Part shown: one piece after another, positions 11,400 to 23,287 of the stretch
How the letters are laid out: each line of letters opens with the position of its first letter
Position numbering within the stretch: the stretch's first letter is position 1
NCBI RefSeq assembly: GCF_009914755.1
Contig: NC_060927.1
Strand: one strand, 5' to 3'
From: the human T2T-CHM13v2.0 reference genome, Homo sapiens
Length of the DNA: 64,000 nucleotides
Program-made: the position numbers and the translations under genes
Notes under the pieces: model-generated
What the model was told of the DNA's origin: nothing
The model's database searches: none
The model's input: the letters and a program-made list of their open reading frames with translations, nothing else

Positions 11400-14300
11400 T
11401 TTCTCTTCAGGATTAATTGCAGGAGTCTTTCTAGTCTGAGATGTTTCCTTCTGAAATAGGAGACGCAGGTCCTTTAGTGGCTGACAGGTGTATCAAGGCT
11501 GGTCTGGCTGACCTTGTGACTCCTGAGTTGATCATGTAAGTTCCTCAGGGGATGTCCAAGGTTTAACTCGAGTGTGGTGAATCCAGGATTCCACTTCTGC
11601 CACTTTAACTGCAGTGGGGGTAGAGAGGATTACCGAGTATGGTCCCTCCCATAGGGATCCATAGATGGAGAGGTAGAGGGGAGAAACTTGACTAATACTA
11701 GATCTCCTGGTTGAAACAACTCTATTCTTTTTTCCCTGTCACACCTTTTGGGTAAAGTTTTGAAGTTTTGTTGATATTTTGCCAGAGAAGTTATATCTTT
11801 GACTAAATTGGCTGTTTCCTGATTGAGCAGGAGGTCATTTGTGAGAAAAGGCCATCCATACAGCATTTCATATGGACTGAGCCCCATTCTGTGAGGGGAT
11901 TTTTGAATTCTTAATAAGGCCATGGGCAAGAGAGTGGGCCATGGGAGATGAGTTTCTTGCATTAGCTTTCTCAAATGCTTCTAGAGTGTTTCATTTGTCT
12001 TTTCAACCTTCCCTTAGGATTGTGGCCTCCAGGCACAGTGAAGGTGATATTGTATTCCTAGTGCCTTGGAAATTCCTTGAGTTATTGTAGCTTTAAAAGC
12101 TGAACCACTGTCGCTCTGTAAGCTTTGGGAAAGTCCAAATCTAGGAATTATTTCATGAATTAAGACTTTAATCACTTCTTGGGACTTCTCCATTTTACAA
12201 GGGAAAGTTTCCACCCAATTTGTAAGAGTACCAACACAGACCAATAAGTACTGAAATCCTCTTGACTTTGGCATATGGGTAAAATCTAACTGCCATTCCT
12301 CTCCAGGATAATGTCCTGTTCTTTGTCCTCCTGGAGAGGCCTCACAGTGGGCCTTAAGGGGTTATTCTTTTGGCACACTTCACAGGCTTTGACTACTTGC
12401 TGGATGGCTTTGAGGAGGTTTGGCCCTGTAAATAGGGATGTGGCCATATTATGGGTACTTTCAATACCCATATGAAAAGTTTGGTGGAGGGTTTTAAGTA
12501 TTTTCCACTGGCTGGCTTCAGGTATGAGCACCTTTCCTTCCTCTGTTGTTAGCCATCCCGAGGGGAGAAAATTATGTCCTCGTGAAAGTCCCCATTCTGT
12601 TTCAGTTGGGGAATAATGGGGCTTAACCTCCTGAAGAGAGTTGCTCCATACCAGGGGTCCTTCCATGGGCATGTCTGAAGGAAAGTCCTGCCTGGCAGCA
12701 ATTTTGGCCTCAGTGTCTTCTCAGTGGTTTCCTTCTGCTTCTTCTCCTTCACCTTTCTGATGGCCTTGGCAGTGTAAGACTGCCACCTCCTTAGGTTTTT
12801 TCACTGCATGCAATAACTCCATGATTTCTCTGTGGTACTTAATGGGTGTTCCTCCAGAGGTTAGGAACTCCCTTTCTTTCCATATTGCATCATGTGCCTG
12901 TAGGACTAGATAAGCATACTTGCTATCTGTTACACATTTATTCTTTTCCCTTCTCCCAGCTCTAAGGCTCGGCTAAGTGCCACCAGTTCTGCTTACTGAG
13001 CACTGGTCCCTGGGGGAAGAGGCTTACTTTCAAGTACTGCTGCATCACTAACTATGGCATAGCCTGCCTTTCATACCCTATTTTCTACAAATAACTTCCA
13101 TCAGAGTACAGGTTAGGGTCAGGGTTAGCTAAGGGGACTTCTAAGAGATCTTCTTGGGTGGCGTAACTCTGGGTGATAATTTGTTGGCAGTCATGCTCAA
13201 TTGGTTCCTCATCCTCCGGAAGAAAAGTGGCAGGGTTGAGGGCCGCACATGTGAGTATTTGAAATACTGGTCCCTCAAGGAGTAGTGCCTGGTATTTGAG
13301 TAGGCTGTTATCTGAGAACCACAAACTTTCTTTAGCATTTAATCTGCTGCTTACATCATGGGTAGTCCAGACAGTGAGATCCTTTCCTTATATTATTATA
13401 ATAGCCTCTGACACTAAGATGGCTACTGCTGCAACCACCTGTAAACAGTGAGGCCAGCCCTTGGCTACTACATCAATTTCTTTACTTAAGTATGCCACTG
13501 GTTGTGGGGCTTTTCCACGAGTCTGAGTAAGAACTCCAAGAGCTATTCCTGCTCTCTTGGTGACATATAGAGAGAAATTTTGTCCTGTGGGGAGGCTCAG
13601 GTCTGGAGCTTGTACTAGGGCCAGCTTTAAACTTTTGAAGGCTGTTTCCACCTCCGGTTCCCACTCTACTAGATGAGTATTCACCTTCCGAGTCTCCTAT
13701 ATCTGGGTATAGGGTGGCCTGGCCATTTCACTGTGTCCAGGAATTCACAGTTGGCAAAAAACAGTGATTCCTAGGAACCCCCACAATGGTTTCAATGTCT
13801 TAGGGTGAGGATAGGCCAGTATAGGCTGAATATGCTCTTTGTCAAGTGCCCTAGTTCCTTTGGCTAGGACTAGGCCTAGATATTTAACTTGTTGTAGACA
13901 GAGCTGGGCCTTTGTCCCAGGCACTTTGTAACCTTGATTAGAGGACCAGAGTGCCTGGACTTGAGAATTGGCCTAGGTCTTGGGCCAATGCCTGACCGAA
14001 CAGATGAGGGCTATCTCTAAATCCTTGGGGCAAGACCATCCACATAAGCTGGGACGTGTGGTCTGTAGGATCCTCAAAGGCAAAGAGGAACTGGGAGTCA
14101 GAGTGCAGGGGAATGCAGAAGAAGGCATCTTTGAGGTCCAGAACAGTGAACCATTCTGCTTCCTCTGGTATCTGAGAGAGCAGTGTATAGGGGTTGGGTA
14201 CAGCAGGATATAAAGGAATTATTGCCTCATTGATGATTCTGAGGTCTTGCACTAGTCTCCACTGACCATTTGGTTTTTGTATTCCTAGGATTGAGGTGTT

Positions 14301-14861
14301 GCAAGGACTGCTACATCTTCTTACTAAGCCTTGAGCTTTTAAATGTCTAACAATATCCTGTAATCCTTTGTGAGCTTCAGGCCTTAAGGGATATTGCCTT
14401 TGATAAGGAAAAGCGATGGGGTCTTTTAGCCTGATTTGAACGGGATGGGGAGTTTTTGCCCTTCCAAATTGTCCTTCCAAGGCCCAGACTTCAGAGTTGA
14501 TTCCTTCTTCAAGTAGGGGACAACAAATGGGTAATTTGTTCCCCACATTCATGTAGATAATAGCTCCAGCTTTGACTAATATGACCCTCCCTAATAAGGG
14601 TGTGGGACTTTCGGGCATAATAAGAAAGGCATGTGAAAAGAGCAAAGTCTCCCAACTGCAGCTGAGGAGGTGAGAGAAATACCTGGTAAGATTCCTCGGA
14701 TAGTAACAGAGTTTGAGGACAGTCGTCTGGGGCAGGAGATTAAAACTGAGAAGGCTGTACCAGTGTCCAGGAGGAAGTCCACTTCCTGGCCCTCAGTGGT
14801 CAAACTTACCCGGGGCTCTGTGTGGGTTGATGGCATGAGCTGGTGCTTGCCCCGGGCACCC
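11400..14861 (-). pseudogene. pol: pro-pol remnant (protease, RT, RNase H, integrase)
   Basis: LLDTG; WRLVQDLR, LDLKDAFF, LPQGFRDSP; PVAYLSK; YSDGS; HQTFH..CEVC; WVETFP, LQSDSGSAF, HCAWRPQS; frameshifted. 3' boundary approximate. Confidence 0.95.
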
Positions 14862-16314
14862 TCAGTCCTGTTGCTGAATCATCTGGTTGGGCGCTTCTGG
14901 TCCAGAGGTCCTTCATCCTCTGGGGCAGTGGACCTTCCAGTGATTGCCTTGGCATATTAGACATGGGTGAGGGGGCGGTTTGTTTCTTGTTGGACAATCT
15001 TTCTTAAAGTGTCCTTGCAAACTGCACTGATAACAAGCCCTACTAGGCAATTGGCCTGCTCCTCTTTTGGTTTCCTCTGAGCAACCAAGGTCTGCCTGTC
15101 TGAGGGCCATGACTAAGGCTGCAGCCTCTCTTTTATCTCACTTTTCCCTTTTGGTCTGTTCCTCTTGGTCCCTGTTATAGAACACCGAGGTTACCAGGTT
15201 TAATAATGTCTCCAAATTTTGTTCTGTGCCTAAAGCAGGCTTTTGGACTTTTCTCCTAATGTCAGCTGCTGATTGGGTGATAAATTTATCCTTTAGAATA
15301 AGTTGGCCTTCCAGGGAATTCAGAGTTAGGGAGGTGTGCTTTCTTAGAGCCTCCCACAGCCTTTCTAGAAAGGCTGAGGGATTTTCCTCTTTTCCCTGTG
15401 TAATTGTGGATAGCATTGAGTAGTTCATAGGCTTCTTCCTAGTTCTCCTTAACCCTTTCAAGATACAAGTCAGGAAGTGCCTGTTGCTCCAATCTCCATG
15501 ATCTGAGTTGGTATCCCAATGGGGGTCTACACTGGGGACTACCTGTTGCCCTGTGAGGAATTTTTCCTTTTCCTCCAGGATCATTCAATTGTTTACCTGG
15601 CTGAGATACCATAAATCTCCAAATTGCTGGGCTGCCGCCAAACTGCCTCCTTTTCAGTAGGACTTAAGGTCTGATCAAGGAGCAACATGATATCCCTCCA
15701 TGCTAGATCAAAGGACTGCCCTAACCCTTGTAAGACATCTATATAGTGTTATGGGGATCATCCGAGAATTCCCCTAAATCTGTCTTTATTTGTTTTAAAT
15801 CTGAGAGTGAGAAAGAGACATGTACACGGGTGGGCCCAAATTCCCCTCCTACTGTTTGTAAGGGACATAGTTTGGGTATGTGGTTCGCGGAGCTTGTGTT
15901 TTCTTTTCGGGGTGCCTCTAACACTTTGGTGAGGCCTGATGGTGGAGAGTGAGTGAGGAAGGAGAATGGGAGGAGACCCTGAGTATGGATGCAATTGTGG
16001 GTCTCTGTCATTTGGGCAAAGCTTGCAGGCTTGGCACAAGGCAATATTGTCACGAAGGGCAAAGAAAACCTGTACATAAGGGACTTCACTCCATTTACCT
16101 TCCCATTTACAGAAAAGATCTAGTTGTAGAATGGTGTTATAATTAATACTTCCCTCAGGGGGCCAAGTTTCTCCATTTTGTAAGGAATACTGTGGCCAGG
16201 CATTGGTACAGAAGAAAATCAGCCACTTCTTTTTTAAGGTCTTGGGTCGAATTTGTCCCAGTTATTCAGGATACATCTTAAGGGAGTGTCCGGTTTTGAA
16301 GGTGTGGTGCCCAT
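14862..16314 (-). pseudogene. gag: gag remnant
   Basis: ATG 16314 [24 protein letters not shown]; major homology region ITQGKEENPSAFLERL; zinc knuckles CYQCSLQGHFKKDC and CLICQGNHWKVHC; QQD-TGA at 14862-14864. Confidence 0.93.
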
Positions 16315-16594
16315 TTGAAATTTTAAACACAGGGATGCCCGCAACCTGGTTAGTCTTAGGGACTCATCTTCCCTTAGGGCATCCCCCAAGGGTCAAGTCT
16401 AATTGTGCTTGAAGTGCATGGTCGCCCTTGAGCCTCCCATTTGCCAGATTTAACCATGCTTACTGACGGAATGGAAACTGTCCTTGTCTCCTGCCATGCG
16501 CCCATAGGCCACTAGATGGGGCACGAGGATGGTTGGATTTATTGTAGTCCTTTTGCCAATGCATCCTACCTGTTCCAAGATGGCAAGGCCTGGG

Positions 16595-17435
16595 TCAGGG
16601 GCACCACTGATGCTTGCATGCTAAGGCCCAATTTACGTGGGCCTGGCCATAAAACTGTCCTTCAAGGAGAAATCTCTGAATCAGCGACAGGAGGCTTAGT
16701 AAGCTTAAAGAGGTTGGTGGATGTCCTCTAGGCCAGGGCCGAGAGAACAGCTGCTGTACTTTAGCCTTCTGTCCCCACTTGCCATCAAAGGAGTAAGCCT
16801 CTCTCTCAAGGGGGTACCAGTATCCTGTGTCCCAACTGACTATATTTTCTTCCATCCAATACCAATTATTGAATGGTTGAAACAACAATTCAACAGCTCT
16901 AAGACCCATGCCTGTGCACCACAGATTGTACTTGAGAGGCCCCAAGGAAGGGGAAAGTCTATCCGGGGAGCAATGGAGGAAATGCTCTAAGGCTTCTCCT
17001 ATCCACATGAAAATTACAGACCTGTTTAAATTGTCCTGATGTGGGGGACCATACACTATGCTGGGGAACTGGCCCTTCAAAATAGCCATCAAATGGCGAC
17101 AACTGCCTAAACCCTGGAGGGCACCATGAACAGGGATCTTCTGGGCACCACCCCAAGAATTTAAGGCTTCTAAATAGGGAATCTCGATCCTGCCTAGTGG
17201 GAATAATCTTGCTTATGAGTTGAGGGACAAAGTCTAACTGGTGGGCATTAGGACCCAGGAGGCAGGAGTCAGAAGATGTGGCTGTCTCATGCTCAGTAAC
17301 CCATGCAGGGGGAGCCTCTGGCGGGGCCATAGTATCAACCAGGATATCTGGGAGACCAGGACGTCCGCTGAGTGCTCCTGGGTGTATTTCGGGACCACCA
17401 TGGAAAGCGAAAGAGTTAGAACTGGTTCCAGGCAA
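16595..17435 (-). pseudogene. Pre-gag leader ORF remnants (165 aa and 158 aa, overlapping)
   Basis: Sense-strand ORFs 16595-17092 and 16959-17435 in the ~1.3 kb leader; the 165-aa one is Trp-rich and of normal complexity. Confidence 0.5.
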
Positions 17436-17657
17436 ACCAATGCTCCTGACTCCGAAGGGTCGGGGGTTGTTAGAGAGCCCTTTCCCAGACAGCCTGACAC
17501 TCGTGTCTTTAGTCCGGCAGCCACACTAATCCCCTTTAAATGGCAGACAGGTGCCCAGTGTTTAGCCTTTGAATTCTAAGGAAGGACAGGACAGAATAGC
17601 AAATGAAAGAGGTCCATGGTGCTCACTTCGTGGTGATTGGGATGCATTTCCTGGAGT

Positions 17658-17675
17658 CTTCTGGCTGGCTCCCCA
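17658..17675 (-). promoter_or_regulatory. Primer binding site for tRNA-Arg
   Basis: TGGGGAGCCAGCCAGAAG, 16/18 match to the recalled tRNA-Arg(ACG) 3' complement TGGCGAGCCAGCCAGGAG; 2 nt from the 5' LTR. Confidence 0.85.
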
Positions 17676-17677
17676 AA

Positions 17678-18390
17678 TGTAACACCTAAGGTTCTTAACC
17701 TAGCCACACCAAGAATTGGTGCGGTGGCTGACCATGGCAAATGATAGAGACCTGGACTGAGAGAGAGTGAGCAGTAGGTTTCATTGAGCAGAGCAAGGGT
17801 ACAAAGGTTCCACAGTGTGGAAGGGGTCTCAAACAGGTTGCCACTGCTAGTTTGGGTATTCGCCTTTCAAACGTTTTAAGTTGGGAGATACATGAGGCGG
17901 GAAGCTTGTTACAGGAGTGAGAAACAAAGGCAGTAAATTGTTTTGTGATATGTCTTAGACTTTGAGGAAAATCAGAATTGCAACTTAGGCTTTATCTACT
18001 TTATGACCTTGCAGCGGCATGGCAAAAGAGACAGGATCTTACGGGACTTTACAAAGTATGTTTACAAAGAATTGGAATTGGGAGTGTAGATAAGGTCTGC
18101 TGGTCACAGAAAAATGGGCAGTTAACATTCCCTCTACTTTAGTTTCAGGGGAGGGGGAAGGGAGAGAGGGAGAGAGGACACGGGGACACTAACAGCAAAA
18201 TTTTTGCTGTTTATAGCTTTCTTGGGGAAGAAAACACATGCACAAATCGTGGTGTTAGGAATATTTTAAGCATATATCTTCAATATTATTCATCCAGGAC
18301 CGAAGTAAGTCCGGATGCAGGAAATGAGTGAGTTTCACAGCTTTCTGAGCCCCTACTTGGCCCAGGAAGCCCAACTGGTACCTCCTCTCA
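17678..18390 (-). repeat. Complete 5' LTR (713 bp), LTR30-like
   Basis: Begins TGAGAGGAGGTACCAGTTGGGCTTCCTGGG and ends GTTACA; followed by the PBS. Confidence 0.88.
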
Positions 18391-21300
18391 CTTTCCCCCT
18401 TTTCCTGTGGATGTGGCTTCCTGTGAGCTGAACTGCAGTGATTGTTGTCTCTCTTCTGGGTCTAGCCATCCAGTGAGTCTACCTGGCTCTGGGTTGGTAC
18501 TGGGGGTTTCTGTACAGAGTCCTGTTATGTGAATCATCTATGGGTCTCTCAGTCGTGGATACCAGTGCCTGTTTTGTGGAGGTGGCAGAGGGTGCAATGG
18601 ACTCCATGAGGGTTCTTGGCTTTGGTGGTTTAATACTGTATTTTTGTGGTGGTTGGCCTCTTGCCAGCAGGTGGCGCTTTCCAGAAAACATCAGCTATAC
18701 TAGCATGGGGAGGAACCAGTGGTGAGGGCCCTAGAACTCCCAAGATTATATGTCCTTTGTCTTCCGCTACCAGGGTGGATAGGGAAGGCCCATCAGGTGG
18801 GGGCAGGACTAGGCGTGTTTGAGCTCTGACTCTCCTTGGGCGGGTCTTGCTGATGCTGCTGTGGGGATAGGGTGAGATTCCCAGGTCACTGGAGTTGTGT
18901 ACCTAGGATTATGGCTGCCTCTGATGACTCATGCAGGTTGTTAGGGAAGTGGGGGAAAGCTAGCAGTCACAGGCCTCATCCAGCTCCCATGCGAACTGAA
19001 GGGCTGGTCTCACTTCCGCCCTTCCCCTGCCACAACAGCCCCGAGTCTGTTTCCAGGCAGAGGGTGAGTCAGGTTTGAAAACTTGCATGAGGCTTCCTGC
19101 TTCCCAGCTGCCAAAGAAAAGGGCTTTAGTTCTTCCCCGTCCTGTGAAGTCTGCAAGCCGGATTTGCATCCTTCCCCATGTTCTGGCCAGGAGGTTTCTC
19201 TCCCCACTCAAATTATTACAAAGTTCACCTTGGGAAGTTCTTATCCCAATGGAGTTTTACCCCCTGCTCCTCTGGCCCCCTTCCTGATGGATCCCTGTGG
19301 TTCCAGGCAGGAATGGGGTTGCTTGGGGATTCAGTGAGTTCCCGTGGCCTCCCTGCTGCCTCCTCTGCCCCTGTATTTTCCTCAGCTCAGCTCTGTAACT
19401 TGACTCAGCTCCAGGTAAAGTCAGGAACTTCTCCCACAGACCTTCAACTTCTCCAGTGTGGGTGTGTGTTCAGGAGAGGAGAGTCTCCCTTTCCCACTTC
19501 TGCAGTTAGAGCACTTACAGTATTTGGAGTGTCTCCCGGCTCCTGCAGGAGCAGTCTGCTTTCTTCTGAGGGTCTGTGGGTCCTCTCAGGGTTGCTGGTT
19601 TGTTCTTGCAGTCAGTCTGGAGCTAAAATTCACAAGCAAGCCTCCACATGCTGCTCTGTCCAGAGCTGCAATCTAGTCCTGCCTCCCATCCACCATGATC
19701 CCTCCAATCACATTCCCTTTTTGGGGATATTTTTGACCCCTGGTTGGTTGAATTCAAGGATGCAGAGCATGTGGATACAGAGGGCTGACTATACTAATCC
19801 AAGAGAGAGCAGACATCAGAGCAAAGGACATTATTAGGCATAAAGAGGGCCATTGCATAATGACAAAGGGGTAAATACTCCAAGAAAAGATACAACAATC
19901 CTTAACGTGTATGCACCTAATGACAGAGCGCCCAGACATGTGAAACAAAAACTTATAGTACTGCAAGGAGAAATAGATACATCTACCATTATATTTGGAG
20001 ACTTTAATTCTTCTCTATCAGAAATGGACAGATTCTGTGGGTAGAAAATCTGTAAAACAGTTGAACTCAATGGCACCATCAATTAACTGGATCTAATTGA
20101 CATCCGTAGACTACTTCATCCAACAACAGATTAAACATTCTTCTCAAGGTTACGTGGACATTGATCAAGGGAGACCATATACCGGGCTATGAAATGCACT
20201 TTAACCAAGATGTCCTTCAGTAGGTGAGTGGATAAATAGACTGGTACATCCAGACAATGGAATATTATTCCACACTAAAAGGATGAGCTATCTAGCCCTG
20301 AAAAAACATGGAAGAACATTAAATGCATGTTACTTAGTGAAAGAAGCCAATGTGAAAAGGCTACATACTGTTTGATTCTAACTCTATATCATTCTGGAAA
20401 AGGTAAAACTATGGAGACAGTAAATAAATTAGTGGTTGCCAGGGGTTAGGGGAAAGGGCAGGTTGAATAGGCAGAACACAGTGGAATTTTAGGGCAATGA
20501 AACTCTTCTATACCATATTACAATGGTTGATACATGTCATTATATATTTGTCAAAACCCATAGAATATACAACACCTAGAGTGTACCCTAATTTAAACTG
20601 TAGACTTTAGATAGTAATGATGTGTCAATGTATGTTCATCAATTGGAACAAATGTACCACTTTGGTGGGGTATGTTGATAATGGGGGAGGCTCTGCATAT
20701 TGGGAGTTAGGGGTACATGGGAAATCTCTGTACCTTCTGATTAATTTTGCTATGAACCTAAAAGTTGTATTAAACATAAAGTTTATAAATTAAAAAAGGA
20801 CTTGACACTGAAAATGTATACTTTCCTGAGTGGACATGCAGCTTTGCAGGTTTGTTGTTTGTTTCATTTGTAACTGTGGGAGATACTCTCAACACCTGAG
20901 ACTTGTCTAGAAGTGATCACAGACACAAGATGGTCTGAGCCCTGAAATCAACAAGGGGGTATATCCACAGTTATTTGAAATGAAGTTTGTTTTTTTGTGA
21001 TGGTTTTGTGTCCAGTTGGTGCTGTCACTGGCTGAGAGTCTAATGTATGAAAAATCAAACTTAAAATCTGAGTTTCTTTCTTTTTCTTTCATTTTTCATA
21101 GTACCAGTAGGAAGGATAGTGAACAGAAATTTTTTGACTGCTTGCTTCAACTATTAATAGTGAATAAGCACATTTTATTTTGTGGGAGGAGGTAAAAAGA
21201 GCATGGATGTTGCTGGCCTTTAAAGCTTTACAATTTCCTCTTCTCAGATAGCTAGTTTTAACATTTTGAAACAATTAACTATGCAATGAGATCTTTTGTG

Positions 21301-22433
21301 AGACTTTTCCTGCAGTTCAGGAAGTTTAGCTAAAGCTCACATTTGAGAAAAAATATCTCTTATACTCTGAACTCTAAAGAAAAGTACAACTGATATACAA
21401 TATTTAAATCTAGACTCCACCCTAAAGGGCTTTACATGTGACCCAAACCAAATGTGTTTTACTCACCTCACACATGGACACCCACTCCCTGTCTCCTAAA
21501 CAAATATTTTCCAGTCTATATGAAAAGAAGATGGAAAGTGGTAGAACAAAGAGAAGCCAACCCTGAGGGGAGTAGAATTCTCAATGTAAGAGGTTGTTCT
21601 TCTTCTGAAGGCAATAGAGGTGTCTTGTATGTTAGAATGGATGAGGGTTTACAAAACACTGGTGTAGACTGGTGAGTGTATGGAGAGGCTTACAGGAAAG
21701 AAAGCTCTATTTTCATTTTCTGGATGAAAAAATATTGAGCTAAAACTTATGTAGACCAAACTGATATTGCTCCTGGTATGTGAGAAGCTAACATGAATCC
21801 CCTGAAATTAAATTAAAGGGCATTTGTGAACATACAGACTTGCTTCTTCATATTTATTTCAGAAGGCAGGAAAATTGAAGGGACTTTCCATCAGGGCTTG
21901 AAAAGACTGTAGCATAATTTTGCAGGAGTTGGGGACAACCTTGTCCCTTCCAGTTCTCCATAATCCTCAGAAACCACAGAAGAGAACCTCTACATACCCA
22001 AAGCTCTCAGGTGTGGGAGTGTAGGGGATAGAGAAGGGACGGGAGCTCTTGGACTCCCCAGTCAGGTGCCATGACCACTAATAGTCCTTTTCATCTGAAG
22101 AAGGCATTTGGGGAATAGTCCACTGGCAGGAGATCAAGGGAGTCCAGCTGCCCCTCTCTGAGGGATCCTCAGCAACAGAGGAGGCCAGAGTGAAGCTGAG
22201 CATGGTCCTGTGAAAAGCATGCACAACACTTTTGCAGACTGAATAAGCCAGATGAAATAGGTCAAATCATTCACCACATACACACATATAATAATATCTC
22301 TGGGTCCCCTGCTCCCATTTATTTCTCTCAACATAGGAACTTAGACCCTGAAATTGGAGGAAAAAGCAAAATTCTGTCCATACCACTCCAACCAGACAAC
22401 ACCACAGCTGTAACCTGTACTGGATGAGAAAAT

Positions 22434-22562
22434 AATTTTTTTAATAGAGACGGGGTCTTGCTATGTTGTCCAGTCTGGTCTTGAACTCCTAGGTTCAAGA
22501 AATCCTCCTGCCTTAGCCTCCCAAAGTGCAGGGATTGCAGGCTTGAGCCACTATGCCTGGCC
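22434..22562 (-). mobile_element. Alu monomer (FLAM_C-like)
   Basis: Single ~130 bp arm agagacggggtcttgctatgttg...gagccactatgcctggcc. Confidence 0.85.
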
Positions 22563-22724
22563 AAGAGGAATAGGTAAATGGATATGAAGTTAAAATTATG
22601 AACTGGACAGGGCTAAGTTTTAGTAACTGAAACTGATCAGAACATTATAGAATCTTTCTAGGTTGTAAAAGAAAGGGAAAGAGGATATGTATGAACTACA
22701 GTGGGTGCTGAGGCACTAAGAAAT

Positions 22725-23287
22725 ATATTAGTTTTCTGTTGTTAAGGTACAAATTATCACACATTTAGCAGCTTAAAATGACATATGTTTATGATCTCAG
22801 TTTCAGGAGGCCAGGAATCTGGAAACTCAAGATCTTATTCCAAGATCAGTCAGGTTGTTGGTAGAATTTAGTTTCTTACAGTTACGGAATTCAGGTCCTC
22901 AATTCTTAGAGGCAGGCCCTTTCCATAGGTAGTTTACAACTCAACTGTTTGCTTCTTCAAGGCCAGCAGGAAAGCACTTCTGCTGCTTGAGGAAGGGCTA
23001 AGACCCTCTTTCAAAGAGCACAGCTGATTAGGTCAGGCCCACTTAGGATCAAGTCTTTTTGAATAAGTCAAAGTCAACTGATAAGGAAATCTAAATGCAC
23101 CTGCAAAAGTCCCTTCACCTTTGCAATCTATCCAACCTAATCATGGAAGTGACATCCATCATAATTACAGGTCCTGGCCACACTGAAGAGGAAGACGATA
23201 CGTTCAAGTGGTGATATGCCTCAGTGAGTAAGAATTTTGGGACCATCTAAGATGGTAGACAGAATACTAAGTATTCTGTCTACCACA
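22725..23287 (-). mobile_element. MLT1E/F-type MaLR solo LTR
   Basis: ttagcagcttaaaa..., gcttcttcaaggccagcagg, tgattaggtcaggccca; terminus ttctgtctaccaca. Confidence 0.7.

Larger units (their letters stand above)
10308..18390 (-). mobile_element. Class I endogenous provirus, HERV30 (LTR30)-like, HERV-W/HERV9 group; defective
   Basis: TG...CA termini; 4-bp TSD ctct (10304-10307) / cttt (18391-18394); two LTR copies, PBS and gag-pro-pol-env order. Confidence 0.9.
4127..19711 (-). mobile_element. Full-length L1PB (L1PB1-like 3' end, L1PBa-like 5'UTR), inactivated and interrupted by an ERV
   Basis: TSD attcctttttggggatat (4109-4126) / attccctttttggggatat (19712-19730); ORF1 and ORF2 remnants; 5'UTR at 18391-19711 and 10217-10307. 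Confidence 0.92.
3871..19792. mobile_element. MER2 (TcMar-Tigger) DNA transposon in two halves (3871-4126 and 19712-19792), split by L1PB
   Basis: Degenerate terminal inverted repeats cagaagtcctttggtatcca ... tggatacagagggctgact with TA flanks; internal ggattggtttcaggaccc-like and gcatttgcatgtaacctaca motifs. Confidence 0.85.
1..20797 (+). mobile_element. Old LINE-1 (L1MC1/2-like) acting as host; fragments at ~1-1040, 3831-3870 and 19793-20797
   Basis: ORF2 endonuclease-like sequence (840-1040) resumes after MLT1A (ccatgttaacactaattaaaagaaag) and after MER2 (ORF 19853-20044 ...TTILNVYAPN...IIFGDFNSSLSEMDR). An L1MC-type 3' end spans 20203-20797 and ends in an A-rich tail. Confidence 0.8.

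Noticed and set aside
10308-18390. Intact or replication-competent provirus, or L1-processed ERV pseudogene
   Set aside because: All genes are disrupted. The complete 5' LTR, U5-terminated 3' end and 4-bp TSD indicate integrase-mediated insertion, not L1 processing.
19178-19837. 219-aa ORF on the + strand
   Set aside because: Antisense to the L1PB 5'UTR, runs across L1/MER2/L1MC junctions, non-ATG start, no recognisable domain.
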